A stretch of DNA of 64,000 nucleotides from Bacteroidales bacterium (GCA_019038645.1 JAHOYT010000002.1:34679-98678); one strand, 5' to 3'; positions 18,657 through 28,574 are shown, counted from the first letter of the stretch. Numbers and translations are program-made. The notes: generated by a model not told the origin, from the sequence alone.

Positions 18657-20744
18657 TTAGTCTTCGTCTTTCAACCATTGATCGAGCCAGCTAAAGAATT
18701 CTCTTTGCCAAAGTATTCCATTTTGAGGGCTTAATACCCAATGGTTTTCGTAAGGGAAATGAAGATATTTTGCTGGAATATCACGAAGACGAGCAGCATT
18801 AAACGCACTCATGCCTTGTGTATAAACAATACGATAATCTTTTTCTCCGTGAACAACCATTATTGGTGTATCCCATTTATCCACGAATTTATGTGGAGAA
18901 TTATCGTAAGTTTTTTTATTTGCTTTATCCCAGTATGGTCCACCGATATCCCAGTTAACAAAAAACATCTCTTCTGTTTCAAGATACATGGATTCAAAAT
19001 TAAAGATACCATCGTGTGAAATAAATGCATCAAATCGACCATCATGATTTCCTGCCAGCCAGAAAACAGAAAAACCACCGTAACTTGCTCCAACAGCACC
19101 AAGATTGTTTTCATCAACAAATGGTTCTTTCGATACAGCATCAATCGCACTAAAATAATCCTTCATATTTTGGCCACCATAATCACCGGAGATTTGATCA
19201 TTCCATTCTTTTCCGAACGATGGAAGACCCCTTCTGTTTGGTGCAACAATAATATAATCGTTAGCTGCCATCATCTGGAAATTCCATCGGAATGAGTAGA
19301 ACTGACTAACAGAACCATGTGGGCCGCCCTGACAATATAGCAAAGCCGGATATTTTTTAGCAGGATCAAAATTAGGAGGATAAATAACCCATACCAGCAT
19401 ATCTTTGTTATCAGTTGTTTTAATCCATCTTTCTTCTACGTTTCCATAAGTTAACTGATTGTGCAGATTCTTATTAATAAATGACAATTGAGTTTCTTCA
19501 CCAGTATCAGAATTAATAGCATAAACCTCTGTAGGGAATGTCATACTTTGTTTCGATCCAATCAGTTTATTCCCTGCAGGTTGAACAGAGCGATAATTGT
19601 GAACACCGTCAGTTATTTGCTTTATTTCTTCAGTTTCGATATTTAAACTATAAATCTGGAATCTGGCATGATAATCACTTGTAAAATAGATTGATTTGCT
19701 GTCCGGGGTCCAAACCAGACCATGAACATCCTGATCAAAGTCAGCTGTATAGTCTTTCTTTTCTTCTGTAGCGAAATCCATGATAAATAATCTGTTCTGA
19801 TCAGATTCGTAACCGTCGCGCTCCATACTTTCCCATGCAATCATCCTTCCGTCAGGTGAAAATACAGGACTTACATCATATCCTTTTAATCCTTCAGTTA
19901 TACTTTTTGTTTCTTTTGTTTCAGAGTTATATAAATAGATTGCTGAATTTGTAGAAAGAGTATATTCTCTTCCTGACATTCTTTTACATGTATATGCAAT
20001 TATTTTGCTGTCAGGACTCCAGTTTATTTGTTCCATTCCTCCAAAAGGATTCATAGGACTATCAAATTTTTCACCTTCCATAATGTCAATCTCATTACTT
20101 ATCGATTTTCCGTTATAGTCAGCAATAAAAATGTGACTATATGCATAATCATGCCATTGATCCCAGTGTCTGTGCATCAGGTCGGTTTCAATTCTTGCTT
20201 CTGCTTTTGGAAGATCAGGATGAAGTTCATTTGGAGTTTTATCTAGTTTTACATCTTTTATAAAAACAACTTTGGTCTGATCAGGAGAGTATTTAAAACC
20301 ACCAATTCCTTCGTCAACATCTGAAACCTGAACTCTTCCGCTTCCGTCAGGATTCATTTCCCATAATTGTAACTCTCCGCTTTCTGTACTTAGAAATCCT
20401 ATTTTTTTGCCATCAGGTCTCCATTGAGCAGAGTATTCACCTGATTCTGTTTTTGTAATATTTACTGCTTCTCCACCTTCAGAAGGTAACATAAATAACT
20501 CTCTGTTACCTCTGTTTTCTTCCATATTGTAGAATGAAACACCAAATAAAACTGATTCATTATCTGGTGAAACTTCAACTCCGCTTACTCTTCCAAATGA
20601 CCATAAAACTTCCGGAGTCATAATATCAGAAGTAAGCTGAATTTCATCAACAGGATTATCAACTACTATTTTTGTTTTTTCGCCAGTACACGAAGAAAGT
20701 ATTAAAATGGAAAATATAACCGTTAATAGTTGTAGTTTTTTCAT
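18657..20744 (-). CDS. S9-family serine peptidase (prolyl oligopeptidase / dipeptidyl peptidase type) with an N-terminal beta-propeller
   Basis: Lipoprotein-like signal (ILILSSC). PD40/TolB-like repeats (SPD...). Catalytic serine motif GASYGG, and a C-terminal HGEKDYRI...ENHW alpha/beta-hydrolase pattern. Confidence 0.85.
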   Translation of the reverse strand: MKKLQLLTVIFSILILSSCTGEKTKIVVDNPVDEIQLTSDIMTPEVLWSFGRVSGVEVSPDNESVLFGVSFYNMEENRGNRELFMLPSEGGEAVNITKTESGEYSAQWRPDGKKIGFLSTESGELQLWEMNPDGSGRVQVSDVDEGIGGFKYSPDQTKVVFIKDVKLDKTPNELHPDLPKAEARIETDLMHRHWDQWHDYAYSHIFIADYNGKSISNEIDIMEGEKFDSPMNPFGGMEQINWSPDSKIIAYTCKRMSGREYTLSTNSAIYLYNSETKETKSITEGLKGYDVSPVFSPDGRMIAWESMERDGYESDQNRLFIMDFATEEKKDYTADFDQDVHGLVWTPDSKSIYFTSDYHARFQIYSLNIETEEIKQITDGVHNYRSVQPAGNKLIGSKQSMTFPTEVYAINSDTGEETQLSFINKNLHNQLTYGNVEERWIKTTDNKDMLVWVIYPPNFDPAKKYPALLYCQGGPHGSVSQFYSFRWNFQMMAANDYIIVAPNRRGLPSFGKEWNDQISGDYGGQNMKDYFSAIDAVSKEPFVDENNLGAVGASYGGFSVFWLAGNHDGRFDAFISHDGIFNFESMYLETEEMFFVNWDIGGPYWDKANKKTYDNSPHKFVDKWDTPIMVVHGEKDYRIVYTQGMSAFNAARLRDIPAKYLHFPYENHWVLSPQNGILWQREFFSWLDQWLKDED

Positions 20745-20754
20745 AGATCAAATA

Positions 20755-21768
20755 TTATTTGAGTTTAAACGATTCCATAATTTTTAGCTCCAGTTCTTCT
20801 GCTAATTCAGGATTATCTTTTAAAAGTTGTTTTACAGCTTCACGACCTTGTCCAAGTTTTGTATCTCCATAACTGAACCATGAACCGCTCTTTTTCACTA
20901 TTTCTTTTTCAACTCCAAGATCAACTATTTCTCCAATTTTCGATATGCCCTGACCGTATACGATATCAAATTCTGCTTTTTTAAATGGGGGAGCAAGTTT
21001 GTTCTTTACTATTTTAACTCTGGTACGATTGCCTGAAACATCTTCGCCGTCTTTTATTTGCCCAATTCTTCTGATATCAATACGTACGGTGGCATAAAAT
21101 TTTAGAGCATTTCCCCCTGTTGTAGTCTCGGGGTTGCCAAACATAACACCAATTTTTTCGCGTAATTGATTAATAAAGACACAACAAGTATTGGTTTTGC
21201 TAATATTTGCAGTAAGTTTTCTTAAAGCCTGAGACATTAAACGAGCCTGTAAACCCATTCTTGAATCTCCCATATCACCTTCAATTTCAGCTTTTGGAGT
21301 AAGGGCCGCTACCGAATCAATAACAACTATATCAATTGCTCCGGAACGTATTAAATGATCAGCAATTTCAAGTGCTTGCTCACCATTGTCAGGTTGCGAA
21401 ATTAACAGATTTTCAACATCAACGCCTAATTTTTCAGCATAAAATCTGTCAAATGCATGTTCTGCATCAATTATAGCCGCAATCCCACCTTTTTTCTGAG
21501 CTTCGGCAATAGCATGTATTGCAAGGGTTGTTTTACCCGATGATTCAGGACCATAAATTTCAATTACTCTACCCCGTGGAAATCCACCCACACCAAGTGC
21601 CATATCCAGTGAAATGGATCCGGACGAAATCGAAGGCACATTCATTATAGCCTTATCACCCATTTTCATTATTGCCCCTTTACCAAAATCCTTATCAATT
21701 TTATCTAGTGTGAGCTGAAGAGCTTTTAGCTTTTCTTTATTGATATTATCCTTTTTTTCTTTGTCCAT
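20755..21768 (-). CDS. recA: Recombinase A
   Basis: Unmistakable RecA sequence ([57 protein letters not shown]). Confidence 0.97.
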   Translation of the reverse strand: MDKEKKDNINKEKLKALQLTLDKIDKDFGKGAIMKMGDKAIMNVPSISSGSISLDMALGVGGFPRGRVIEIYGPESSGKTTLAIHAIAEAQKKGGIAAIIDAEHAFDRFYAEKLGVDVENLLISQPDNGEQALEIADHLIRSGAIDIVVIDSVAALTPKAEIEGDMGDSRMGLQARLMSQALRKLTANISKTNTCCVFINQLREKIGVMFGNPETTTGGNALKFYATVRIDIRRIGQIKDGEDVSGNRTRVKIVKNKLAPPFKKAEFDIVYGQGISKIGEIVDLGVEKEIVKKSGSWFSYGDTKLGQGREAVKQLLKDNPELAEELELKIMESFKLK

Positions 21769-21788
21769 GTTTGTTATTTTATTCTTAT

Positions 21789-22265
21789 TTATAATTTCAG
21801 TTCCTGGAATATCTGATTTGTATGATCTTTTGTTTTTACCTTCTCAATTATTTTTTCAATTTTTTGCTCTTCATCAATAATAAATGTTTTTCTCAGAACC
21901 CCATCATATGTTTTACCGTAAAGTTTTTTTTCTCCCCAAGCGTTATAGAGCTTTAAAATATCTTTTTGAGGATCAGAAATAAGTTTAAAAGGTAAATCAT
22001 ATTTCTCGATAAACTTTATATGAGAAGTTTCTGTGTCCGGACTAACTCCTATTATATCAAGTCCTTTACTCATAATATCGGAATAATTATCTCTCAGATT
22101 ACAGGCTTCCGCAGTACAGCCGGGAGTATTGTCTTTTGGGTAAAAAAATAAAATGACCTTTTTATCTTTATACTGATCGAGTATAACTACATTTCCGTTT
22201 TGGTCCAAACCCCTGAAATAAGGAGCTGTTTGACCTTCTTTAAGAATTGTCATAAGTAAGCTCAA
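21789..22265 (-). CDS. bcp: Thioredoxin-dependent thiol peroxidase (Bcp-type peroxiredoxin)
   Basis: [15 protein letters not shown] active-site motif. 158 aa. Confidence 0.85.
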   Translation of the reverse strand: MSLLMTILKEGQTAPYFRGLDQNGNVVILDQYKDKKVILFFYPKDNTPGCTAEACNLRDNYSDIMSKGLDIIGVSPDTETSHIKFIEKYDLPFKLISDPQKDILKLYNAWGEKKLYGKTYDGVLRKTFIIDEEQKIEKIIEKVKTKDHTNQIFQELKL

Positions 22266-22661
22266 TTAAGTTTATAAAATTAAAAAAATATCATTGATAA
22301 GACAGAATATGTGGTTTAATGTTTATAAATCTTTATTAACAAACTTACAGGAAGTCAAATTATAGAATTTAAAATAGAATTGATAAGATATTTCTTTTTG
22401 ATATTCAGCAATGTTTAAGGTGTTTTCAAACTGTATTAGCATTTAAATTGCGCAGCACATGAGCGTGGGGATAATGCTGTTAAACAGGAGTTAAATGAAT
22501 AACAATGAAAAATATAGAAGTTGAAATCCAGACTATTTTTGGTGAAATTCACAATCCCCTTGATCAAGCTAAAAAAATCACTAAATAACATAAAAAAAGA
22601 ATACCTTTATATTGATTTATATTGTATATTAGGCTTTTCAAAAAAAGAAGAAAATTTAGCA

Positions 22662-22943
22662 ATGAATAGAAAAAGAAATCCCGGGAAGAACCCTGATTTG
22701 GAAAAAGTACCGGATAGTGGAAAGGATTATTCATTAGTATTACATGATGATGATATTCATGATTTTACTTATGTGATTGATTCTTTGATTGATATTTGTG
22801 ATCATGATTTAGTCCAGGCTGAACAGTGCACTTATATTGTTCATTATCGAGGTGAGTGTGATGTTAAAACCGGAAAGTATGAACAACTCAAGGCTATGTA
22901 TAACAGTCTCATTGAAAAAGGATTAACAGTTTCGATAAATTAA
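22662..22943 (+). CDS. clpS: ATP-dependent Clp protease adaptor ClpS
   Basis: ClpS core YSLVLHDDDIHDFTYVIDSLIDIC...QAEQCTYIVHYRGECDV. I use the ATG at 22662. The upstream TTG extension (22521) encodes low-complexity, non-conserved-looking sequence. Confidence 0.75.
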   Translation: MNRKRNPGKNPDLEKVPDSGKDYSLVLHDDDIHDFTYVIDSLIDICDHDLVQAEQCTYIVHYRGECDVKTGKYEQLKAMYNSLIEKGLTVSIN

Positions 22944-22948
22944 AGAAT

Positions 22949-23416
22949 ATGTCATTAACAGCTATTATATTTTTAATTATTTTAGGAATTATACTTTTTT
23001 ATGTTGAATTCTTAATTATTCCGGGTGTGACTATAGCCGGAATTGTAGGTGCAATAGTAATAATTGTTGGAGTATACTTTGGGTATAAAGAATACGGTTC
23101 TCCGGGTGGACATTATATATTAGTTGCTACAGCTTTGGCATCAATCTTCTCGGTAGTAATTATGCTACGCTCAGGTACATGGAACAAAATTGCACTTAAA
23201 GCTAAAATTGAAGGAAAAACAAGTACTTCATTAGATTCTGAAATTAATATCGGGGATACAGGCGAAACGGTTACCCGGTTAAACCCTTATGGAAAAGCCT
23301 TAATTAATAATAAATTTTACGAAGCTAAATCTTCAGATTCATATATTGATCCAAAAGTGAAAATAGAAGTAAAAAAGATTGATGGATCACATCTTATTGT
23401 AAAACCCTTAAATTAA
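22949..23416 (+). CDS. Short NfeD-family membrane protein (no protease domain)
   Basis: Three N-terminal TM helices plus a C-terminal OB-fold-like NfeD tail (GDTGETVTRLNPYGKALINNKFYEAKS). Directly upstream of floA. Confidence 0.7.
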   Translation: MSLTAIIFLIILGIILFYVEFLIIPGVTIAGIVGAIVIIVGVYFGYKEYGSPGGHYILVATALASIFSVVIMLRSGTWNKIALKAKIEGKTSTSLDSEINIGDTGETVTRLNPYGKALINNKFYEAKSSDSYIDPKVKIEVKKIDGSHLIVKPLN

Positions 23417-23422
23417 AATATT

Positions 23423-24397
23423 ATGGAATTACTACCCTTAGTAGGAATAATAGTCGGAGTAATTATTTTACTCTATTTGTTTTTATATTTAATCCCAATC
23501 GGATTATGGTTTCAGGCACTTGTTTCAGGCGTTAGAATCTCACTTTTACAATTAATTTTTATGAGATGGCGTAAGGTGCCACCATCAATTATTGTTCGTG
23601 CATTGATTGAAGGAACAAAAGCCGGTTTATCACTAAACAGGAACGACCTTGAGGCACACTTTTTAGCAGGAGGTAGGGTTGCAGAGGTAGTACATGCATT
23701 GGTGTCAGCAGAAAAGGCGAATATCGGTTTGCCATTCAATATGGCTACAGCTATTGATCTGGCCGGTCGTAATGTTTTAGAGGCAGTACAAATGTCTGTA
23801 AATCCTAAGGTTATTGATACGCCTCCTGTAACAGCAGTTGCAAAAGACGGTATTCAGTTAATTGCAAAAGCACGTGTAACGGTTCGTGCCAATATTAAAC
23901 AGTTGGTTGGTGGTGCTGGTGAGGATACAGTTCTGGCACGTGTTGGTGAAGGTATTGTTTCATCAATTGGTTCATCGAAATCGCATAAAGAAGTTTTGGA
24001 AAATCCTGATGCAATTTCACGTGTTGTTTTGGACAAAGGTTTGGATGCCGGAACTGCATTTGAAATACTTTCAATTGATATTGCAGATATTGATATCGGT
24101 AAAAATATTGGAGCTGTGCTGCAAATGGATCAGGCAAATGCCGATAAGAATATTGCTCAGGCTAAAGCAGAAGAGCGTAGAGCTATGGCTGTTGCAGAAG
24201 AGCAGGAAATGATTGCAAAAGCACAGGAAGCACGTGCAAAAGTTATTGAAGCTGAAGCTCAAATACCTTTGGCTATGGCAGGTGCTTTTAAAGCAGGTAA
24301 TATGGGAATAATGGATTATTATAAGTTTAAAAACATTGAGGCGGATACCAAAATGCGTGATACAATTGCAAAGCCAGGTAAGAAAGATAAGAAATAG
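23423..24397 (+). CDS. floA: Flotillin-like protein FloA (SPFH domain, UPF0365)
   Basis: Very close, by recall, to the FloA/YqfA pattern ([22 protein letters not shown]...[13 protein letters not shown]...[19 protein letters not shown]...[21 protein letters not shown]). Confidence 0.9.
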   Translation: MELLPLVGIIVGVIILLYLFLYLIPIGLWFQALVSGVRISLLQLIFMRWRKVPPSIIVRALIEGTKAGLSLNRNDLEAHFLAGGRVAEVVHALVSAEKANIGLPFNMATAIDLAGRNVLEAVQMSVNPKVIDTPPVTAVAKDGIQLIAKARVTVRANIKQLVGGAGEDTVLARVGEGIVSSIGSSKSHKEVLENPDAISRVVLDKGLDAGTAFEILSIDIADIDIGKNIGAVLQMDQANADKNIAQAKAEERRAMAVAEEQEMIAKAQEARAKVIEAEAQIPLAMAGAFKAGNMGIMDYYKFKNIEADTKMRDTIAKPGKKDKK

Positions 24398-24400
24398 AAA

Positions 24401-25168
24401 ATGAGGAAACTTCTTTTCATAATTAGCTTTTGGGTATATGTAATTAGTGTTAGTGCGCAGTCATCTGATACTATAACTACAGAAAGTGGTTTAAAGTATT
24501 ATATTGTTGAAGATGGTGATGGGGAAAAAGTTCAGGAAGGAAAAGAAGTTACATTACACGGAATTGGTACATTGGAAAATGGAGAAGTTTTTTGGGAAAC
24601 CAGGGAAAGTAATTCTCCATTTCAATTTGTTACAGGTAAAAATAATGTAATAAAAGGTGTTGAAGAAGGTGTAAGCAAGATGAGAGTTGGAGATAGATGG
24701 ATTTTTATTCTCCCTCCTGAAATTGCGTATGGCGTTAAACAGCGAGGGCCAATTCCTCCGAACTCAACTCTTGTTTTTGATTATGAAGTTCTGGATGTTT
24801 CTGATCCCAAAAAATCAATTATTGATACGCTTTATAAAATTATAGAAAGCGATGGAATTGATCAGGCTTTGGATATGTACCAGTATTTAAAAGATCAAAA
24901 AGATATCTTTAATTTCAGAGCTGATCAATTGAATGTATTAGGTTATAAACTGATTGGTGAAGAAAAACACGATGCGGCAGAAGTTGTATTAGAACTCAAT
25001 GCAAAGGAGCATCCTGACAATTTCAATGTTTGGGATAGTTTGGGTGAAATATACATGGTTTTGGGTAAGGATGAGCTCGCTGTTGAGTGTTATGAAAAAT
25101 CCCTTGAGCTTTATCCTAAAAATACAAATGCCACTGAAATGATCCGAAAAATAAAGGCGAAAGAATAA
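24401..25168 (+). CDS. Secreted FKBP-type peptidyl-prolyl isomerase fused to a TPR-like C-terminal domain
   Basis: Signal peptide. FKBP core (GLKYYIVEDGDGEKV...VIKGVEEGVSKMRVGDRW...PPEIAYG). TPR-like tail (CYEKSLELYPKNTNA). Confidence 0.8.
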   Translation: MRKLLFIISFWVYVISVSAQSSDTITTESGLKYYIVEDGDGEKVQEGKEVTLHGIGTLENGEVFWETRESNSPFQFVTGKNNVIKGVEEGVSKMRVGDRWIFILPPEIAYGVKQRGPIPPNSTLVFDYEVLDVSDPKKSIIDTLYKIIESDGIDQALDMYQYLKDQKDIFNFRADQLNVLGYKLIGEEKHDAAEVVLELNAKEHPDNFNVWDSLGEIYMVLGKDELAVECYEKSLELYPKNTNATEMIRKIKAKE

Positions 25169-25213
25169 GCATTAAAAAAATTGGATAACCTGCCTAAACT
25201 TTTTTAAGTTTTA

Positions 25214-25244
25214 TTTGGTAATAAAGATCAATTTTATACTTTTG
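25214..25244 (+). promoter_or_regulatory. Bacteroidota-type promoter for tRNA-Ser (-33 TTTG at 25214-25217; -7 TACTTTTG at 25237-25244)
   Basis: Both consensus elements are present, with 19 nt between them. The -7 box ends 12 nt before the mature tRNA 5' end. Confidence 0.45.
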
Positions 25245-25255
25245 TGCAACATTTT

Positions 25256-25345
<90 letters not shown>

Positions 25346-25356
25346 AATAATTTTAC

Positions 25357-25386
25357 AACCAGTTTCGAAAGATTCTGGTTTTTTTA
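25357..25386 (+). terminator. Weak intrinsic terminator after tRNA-Ser
   Basis: AACCAG...CTGGTT stem followed by a T-run. Confidence 0.4.
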
Positions 25387-25570
25387 TGTAATAAATTTCT
25401 TTGATTAGGAATTAATATAATAAGTTATATCCTGATTATGAGAAAGCTTCAAAAATGTTGTTATGATTGTATTGCTATTTTGAATAAAAAATATCAATTT
25501 TATTTTGATAATTAAAAAACTATTCATTTATTTGCATCCGCAATTCAGCATACGATTGCAACAAACATTT

Positions 25571-25645
25571 CGGGGTGTAGCGTAGCCCGGTTATCGCGCC
25601 TGCTTTGGGAGCAGGAGGTCGCAGGTTCGAATCCTGCCACCCCGA
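25571..25645 (+). tRNA. tRNA-Pro (anticodon TGG)
   Basis: Acceptor CGGGGTG/CACCCCG. Anticodon arm CCTGC-TTTGGGA-GCAGG. T-arm GCAGG-TTCGAAT-CCTGC. Confidence 0.9.
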
Positions 25646-25647
25646 CG

Positions 25648-25690
25648 AAAAAAGAAAGAGAGCAAAATTATTTGCTCTCTTTCTTTTTTT
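25648..25690 (+). terminator. Strong intrinsic terminator after tRNA-Pro
   Basis: Hairpin of about 16 bp, AAAGAAAGAGAGCAAA-ATTA-TTTGCTCTCTTTCTTT, followed by a T-run. Confidence 0.7.
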
Positions 25691-25695
25691 ATTTA

Positions 25696-25791
25696 TGGGT
25701 GATGCTGGTGAGAATCCTGGTTCGAACCGAGGAGCAAAGCGACGAGCTCATGAACGAACATCGTGAGTGAATAATCCTTGCCACCCCGACG
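25696..25791 (+). other. tRNA-Pro-derived fragment or duplicated tRNA 3' end (att-like repeat or decayed pseudo-tRNA)
   Basis: 25773-25791 AATCCTTGCCACCCCGACG repeats 25630-25647 AATCCTGCCACCCCGACG with one extra T. 25697-25705 GGGTGATGC resembles the tRNA 5' end, and 25712-25728 contains GGTTCGAA. It cannot be folded into a full cloverleaf. Confidence 0.4.
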
Positions 25792-25804
25792 GAATAAAAA
25801 CAAA

Positions 25805-25838
25805 TAAAAAAGCCGATCAGCAAACGATCGGCTTTTTT
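25805..25838. terminator. Bidirectional intrinsic terminator; it ends buk on the minus strand and the tRNA-side transcript on the plus strand
   Basis: GCCGATC-AGCAAAC-GATCGGC hairpin flanked by an A-run upstream and a T-run downstream. Confidence 0.7.
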
Positions 25839-25864
25839 GTTCCTCATTACTATATCTTTAATAC

Positions 25865-26935
25865 TTAATATTCAAGAGCCTCTTCCTGATTATCCAAAAC
25901 TCTGAATATACCTTCCGCTAATGCCTCCATTTCATTTTCGCCCGGGCATATATGAAATTCTGTAAGCGCACCGACATATTCTTTTAGGTCATTATTAAAT
26001 TTTTCGTTATATGCAATCCCACCGGTAATAACAATTGCCTGAGCTTTACATTTAGAAGCAGCATAGCATGCACCTATTTCTTTGGCAAGCTGGTACACGA
26101 AAGCGGAATAAATTAATTCTGCTTTTTTATCACCCTGCTCAACCATTTTTAATACTTCTCTTACATCTTCTGTTCCCAGATATGCTTTAAATCCGCTGTT
26201 TTGTGAAAAAAGTTTTATAACTTCGTCTTCCGGTTTGCTATAACACAATTTTATTACTCCCCGAAGAGGTAGAGCTCCTGCTCTGTTAGGTGTAAAAGGA
26301 CCCATTCCTAATAATCCATCATTTACGTCAATTATTTTGCCTCCTGTTACTAAAGAAACGGAGATACCCCCACCTAAATGAGCAATCACATAACACGATT
26401 TCTCAAATGGGATACTCTGTCGTAATGCCATTTTGCGTGCAGTAATTTTAATATTTAAAGTGTGTGCTCTTCCATCACGAATTATACCCGGAACACCAGA
26501 AATTTCTGCTACCGGACTTATGCTGCTTGTTGACACAGGATCCACAGTATAACTGTCTGACAAGCCAAATTCATCTTTTATATAATTTACCAGCAAACTA
26601 CCCAGGTTCGACGCGTGTTCTCCGTAAGTACCAGATTTTGCGTCACTTAAAAATGCCTGATTTATACGATAAGTTCCTCCCTTTATTGGTTTTACAATTC
26701 CACCTCTACCAACAACACCTATAACTTTAACTTTTGATTTTGAAAGATACTCGTTAATAAATGGCTTTAAATGCTCGTAACGATACTCTAATTGGTCAGC
26801 TATCTTCTCAAATTTGACTAATTCATTTTGAGGATGACTAATAGATTTAGAAATTAACTCTCCTTGCCTGGTATAGAATGCTATTTTCGTTGAGGTTGAA
26901 CCGGGATTTACAACAATTACTACTTCTTTATTCAT
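25865..26935 (-). CDS. buk: Butyrate kinase (canonical paralog)
   Basis: ASKHA motifs VVNPGSTSTKIA, AHLGGGISV, GMGPFTPNRAGALP and ITGGIAYN. 356 aa. Confidence 0.9.
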   Translation of the reverse strand: MNKEVVIVVNPGSTSTKIAFYTRQGELISKSISHPQNELVKFEKIADQLEYRYEHLKPFINEYLSKSKVKVIGVVGRGGIVKPIKGGTYRINQAFLSDAKSGTYGEHASNLGSLLVNYIKDEFGLSDSYTVDPVSTSSISPVAEISGVPGIIRDGRAHTLNIKITARKMALRQSIPFEKSCYVIAHLGGGISVSLVTGGKIIDVNDGLLGMGPFTPNRAGALPLRGVIKLCYSKPEDEVIKLFSQNSGFKAYLGTEDVREVLKMVEQGDKKAELIYSAFVYQLAKEIGACYAASKCKAQAIVITGGIAYNEKFNNDLKEYVGALTEFHICPGENEMEALAEGIFRVLDNQEEALEY

Positions 26936-27431
26936 ATTTTAAAATTAGGATGGAAATATACATAATAATTATAAATACTGCCATGTGTTTAATAATACTT
27001 TAATGTTTTTTTATGATATTTTAACTAAAAATTGATTTGATTCGGATTTCTTAATGTCCTTAAATATTTGCCGTACTTTCAGGACTAATAATTTGGTCAA
27101 TTCCAATATCATACAAAACAATACAATACGAATCATATTAGGACATTATTATTTGTGTTTTAAATTATATTTTATCTATTTTTAAGGATTAATTTATCAT
27201 TTTAATTCAGACAAAATTGTCTCTATAAATGATGAACAGGTTCTTTTAGGAATTAGTGCTGAGTTCGTGAAGCTAAAGCAGACTATGTTCAGTTAAAAAG
27301 AAAAATGGAGAAACTCACGTTTGATCATTATAATAAAACTGAGTGTATTTATGATAGAGCAGTTACGAATGATAAAACTTTGCACAATTAACAACAAATA
27401 AATATTCAGATAAACCTAAATATAAAAAACA

Positions 27432-28574
27432 ATGAACTTTGACTACACAGAAGAGCAATTAATGGCCCAACAATCAGCAAGAGACTTTGCACAAAGAGAG
27501 TTAATCCTGGATGTAATTGAAAGAGATACTAAAGCTGAATTTCCAACTGAACATGTAAAAAAACTAGCTGAACTTGGATTTCTTGGAATGCTGGTTGACC
27601 CTGCATATGACGGAACAGGTATGGATACCATTTCTTATGTTTTAGCACTTGAGGAAATTTCGAAAGTAGATTCCTCCGTTGCTGTTATAATGTCTGTAAA
27701 TAATTCTTTAGTAGCCTGGGGACTCGAAGAGTATGGAACTGAGGAACAAAAAGAAAAATATCTAAAGCCTTTAGCCAGAGGTGATAAAATCGGTGCATTT
27801 CTTTTATCTGAGCCAGAAGCAGGATCAGATGCTACTATGCAGCGTACGACAGCTGTTGATATGGGTGATCATTACCTTGTTAATGGTACTAAAAATTGGA
27901 TTACTAACGGTAATTCAGCATCTACTTATATTGTTATTGCTCAAACCGATCCTGAAAAAGGTCACAAAGGAATTAATGCATTGTTAGTTGATCGTCATGC
28001 CGAAGGTATTAGCCTTGGTCAGCATGAGGACAAGATGGGAATGAGAAGTTCTGATACACATTCTGTAATGTTTACTGATGTTAAAGTTCCGAAAGAGAAC
28101 CGACTTGGTGAAGATGGCTTTGGATTTAAATTTGCAATGAAAACGTTGGAAGGCGGAAGATTAGGAATAGCAGCTCAAGCATTGGGACTTGCTTCCGGAG
28201 CATACGAGATAGCTTTAAAATATTCTCAGGAGAGAAAAGCTTTTGGTAAAGAAATTATAAAACATCAGGCTATAGCTTTTAAATTAGCCGATATGGCAAC
28301 CGAGATTGAAGCTATGAGATTTTTATGCTTAAAAACCGCCTGGCTTAAAGATAATAATAGACCTTATGGTACTGAAAGTGCTATGGCAAAATTGTATTGT
28401 GCCGAAACAGCCATGAAAATCACTACTGAGGCAGTTCAGATTTTGGGTGGATATGGCTATGTTAAAGAATATCACGTGGAAAGATTAATGCGGGATGCCA
28501 AGCTCACACAAATATACGAGGGAACTTCAGAAGTTCAGAAAATTGTTATCTCAAGAGCTATTTCAAGCTTGTGA
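27432..28574 (+). CDS. Short-chain acyl-CoA dehydrogenase (butyryl-CoA dehydrogenase-like)
   Basis: 380 aa. ACAD motifs (LSEPEAGSD, GTKNWITNG, QILGGYGY, catalytic Glu in IYEGTSEVQ). Confidence 0.85.
   Translation: MNFDYTEEQLMAQQSARDFAQRELILDVIERDTKAEFPTEHVKKLAELGFLGMLVDPAYDGTGMDTISYVLALEEISKVDSSVAVIMSVNNSLVAWGLEEYGTEEQKEKYLKPLARGDKIGAFLLSEPEAGSDATMQRTTAVDMGDHYLVNGTKNWITNGNSASTYIVIAQTDPEKGHKGINALLVDRHAEGISLGQHEDKMGMRSSDTHSVMFTDVKVPKENRLGEDGFGFKFAMKTLEGGRLGIAAQALGLASGAYEIALKYSQERKAFGKEIIKHQAIAFKLADMATEIEAMRFLCLKTAWLKDNNRPYGTESAMAKLYCAETAMKITTEAVQILGGYGYVKEYHVERLMRDAKLTQIYEGTSEVQKIVISRAISSL

Noticed and set aside
18741-20246. Several 65-96-aa ORFs overlapping the S9 peptidase gene on both strands. 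Similar nested ORFs occur in uvrA, icmF, the ABC-F gene and the TPR kinase.
   Set aside because: All are nested in long, well-supported genes and have no recognisable motifs. I treat them as spurious.
22505-22588. Small ORFs in intergenic regions: 27 codons (MKNIEVEIQTIFGEIHNPLDQAKKITK) here, and 28 codons at 27305-27391.
   Set aside because: They are too short to support from sequence alone. There is no detectable motif, and conservation cannot be checked here.
22521-22661. A TTG-initiated 47-codon N-terminal extension of clpS in the ORF track.
   Set aside because: The extension (MKSRLFLVKFTIPLIKLKKSLNNIKKEYLYIDLYCILGF...) looks like translated AT-rich intergenic DNA. The ClpS homology starts after the ATG at 22662.
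23512-24262. A cluster of five antisense or alternate-frame ORFs (60-108 aa) inside floA.
   Set aside because: They lie entirely within a very confidently identified FloA coding region. Their translations are low-complexity (Cys/His/Gln/Phe-rich), with no start context or motifs. This is typical of stop-poor antisense frames in an Ala/Glu-rich gene.
27052-27148. A 9-bp perfect inverted repeat, TAATGTCCT...AGGACATTA, with a 79-nt spacer.
   Set aside because: An isolated 9-mer match at this distance in AT-rich DNA is within plausible chance. I mention it only as part of the long intergenic region finding, not as a feature.
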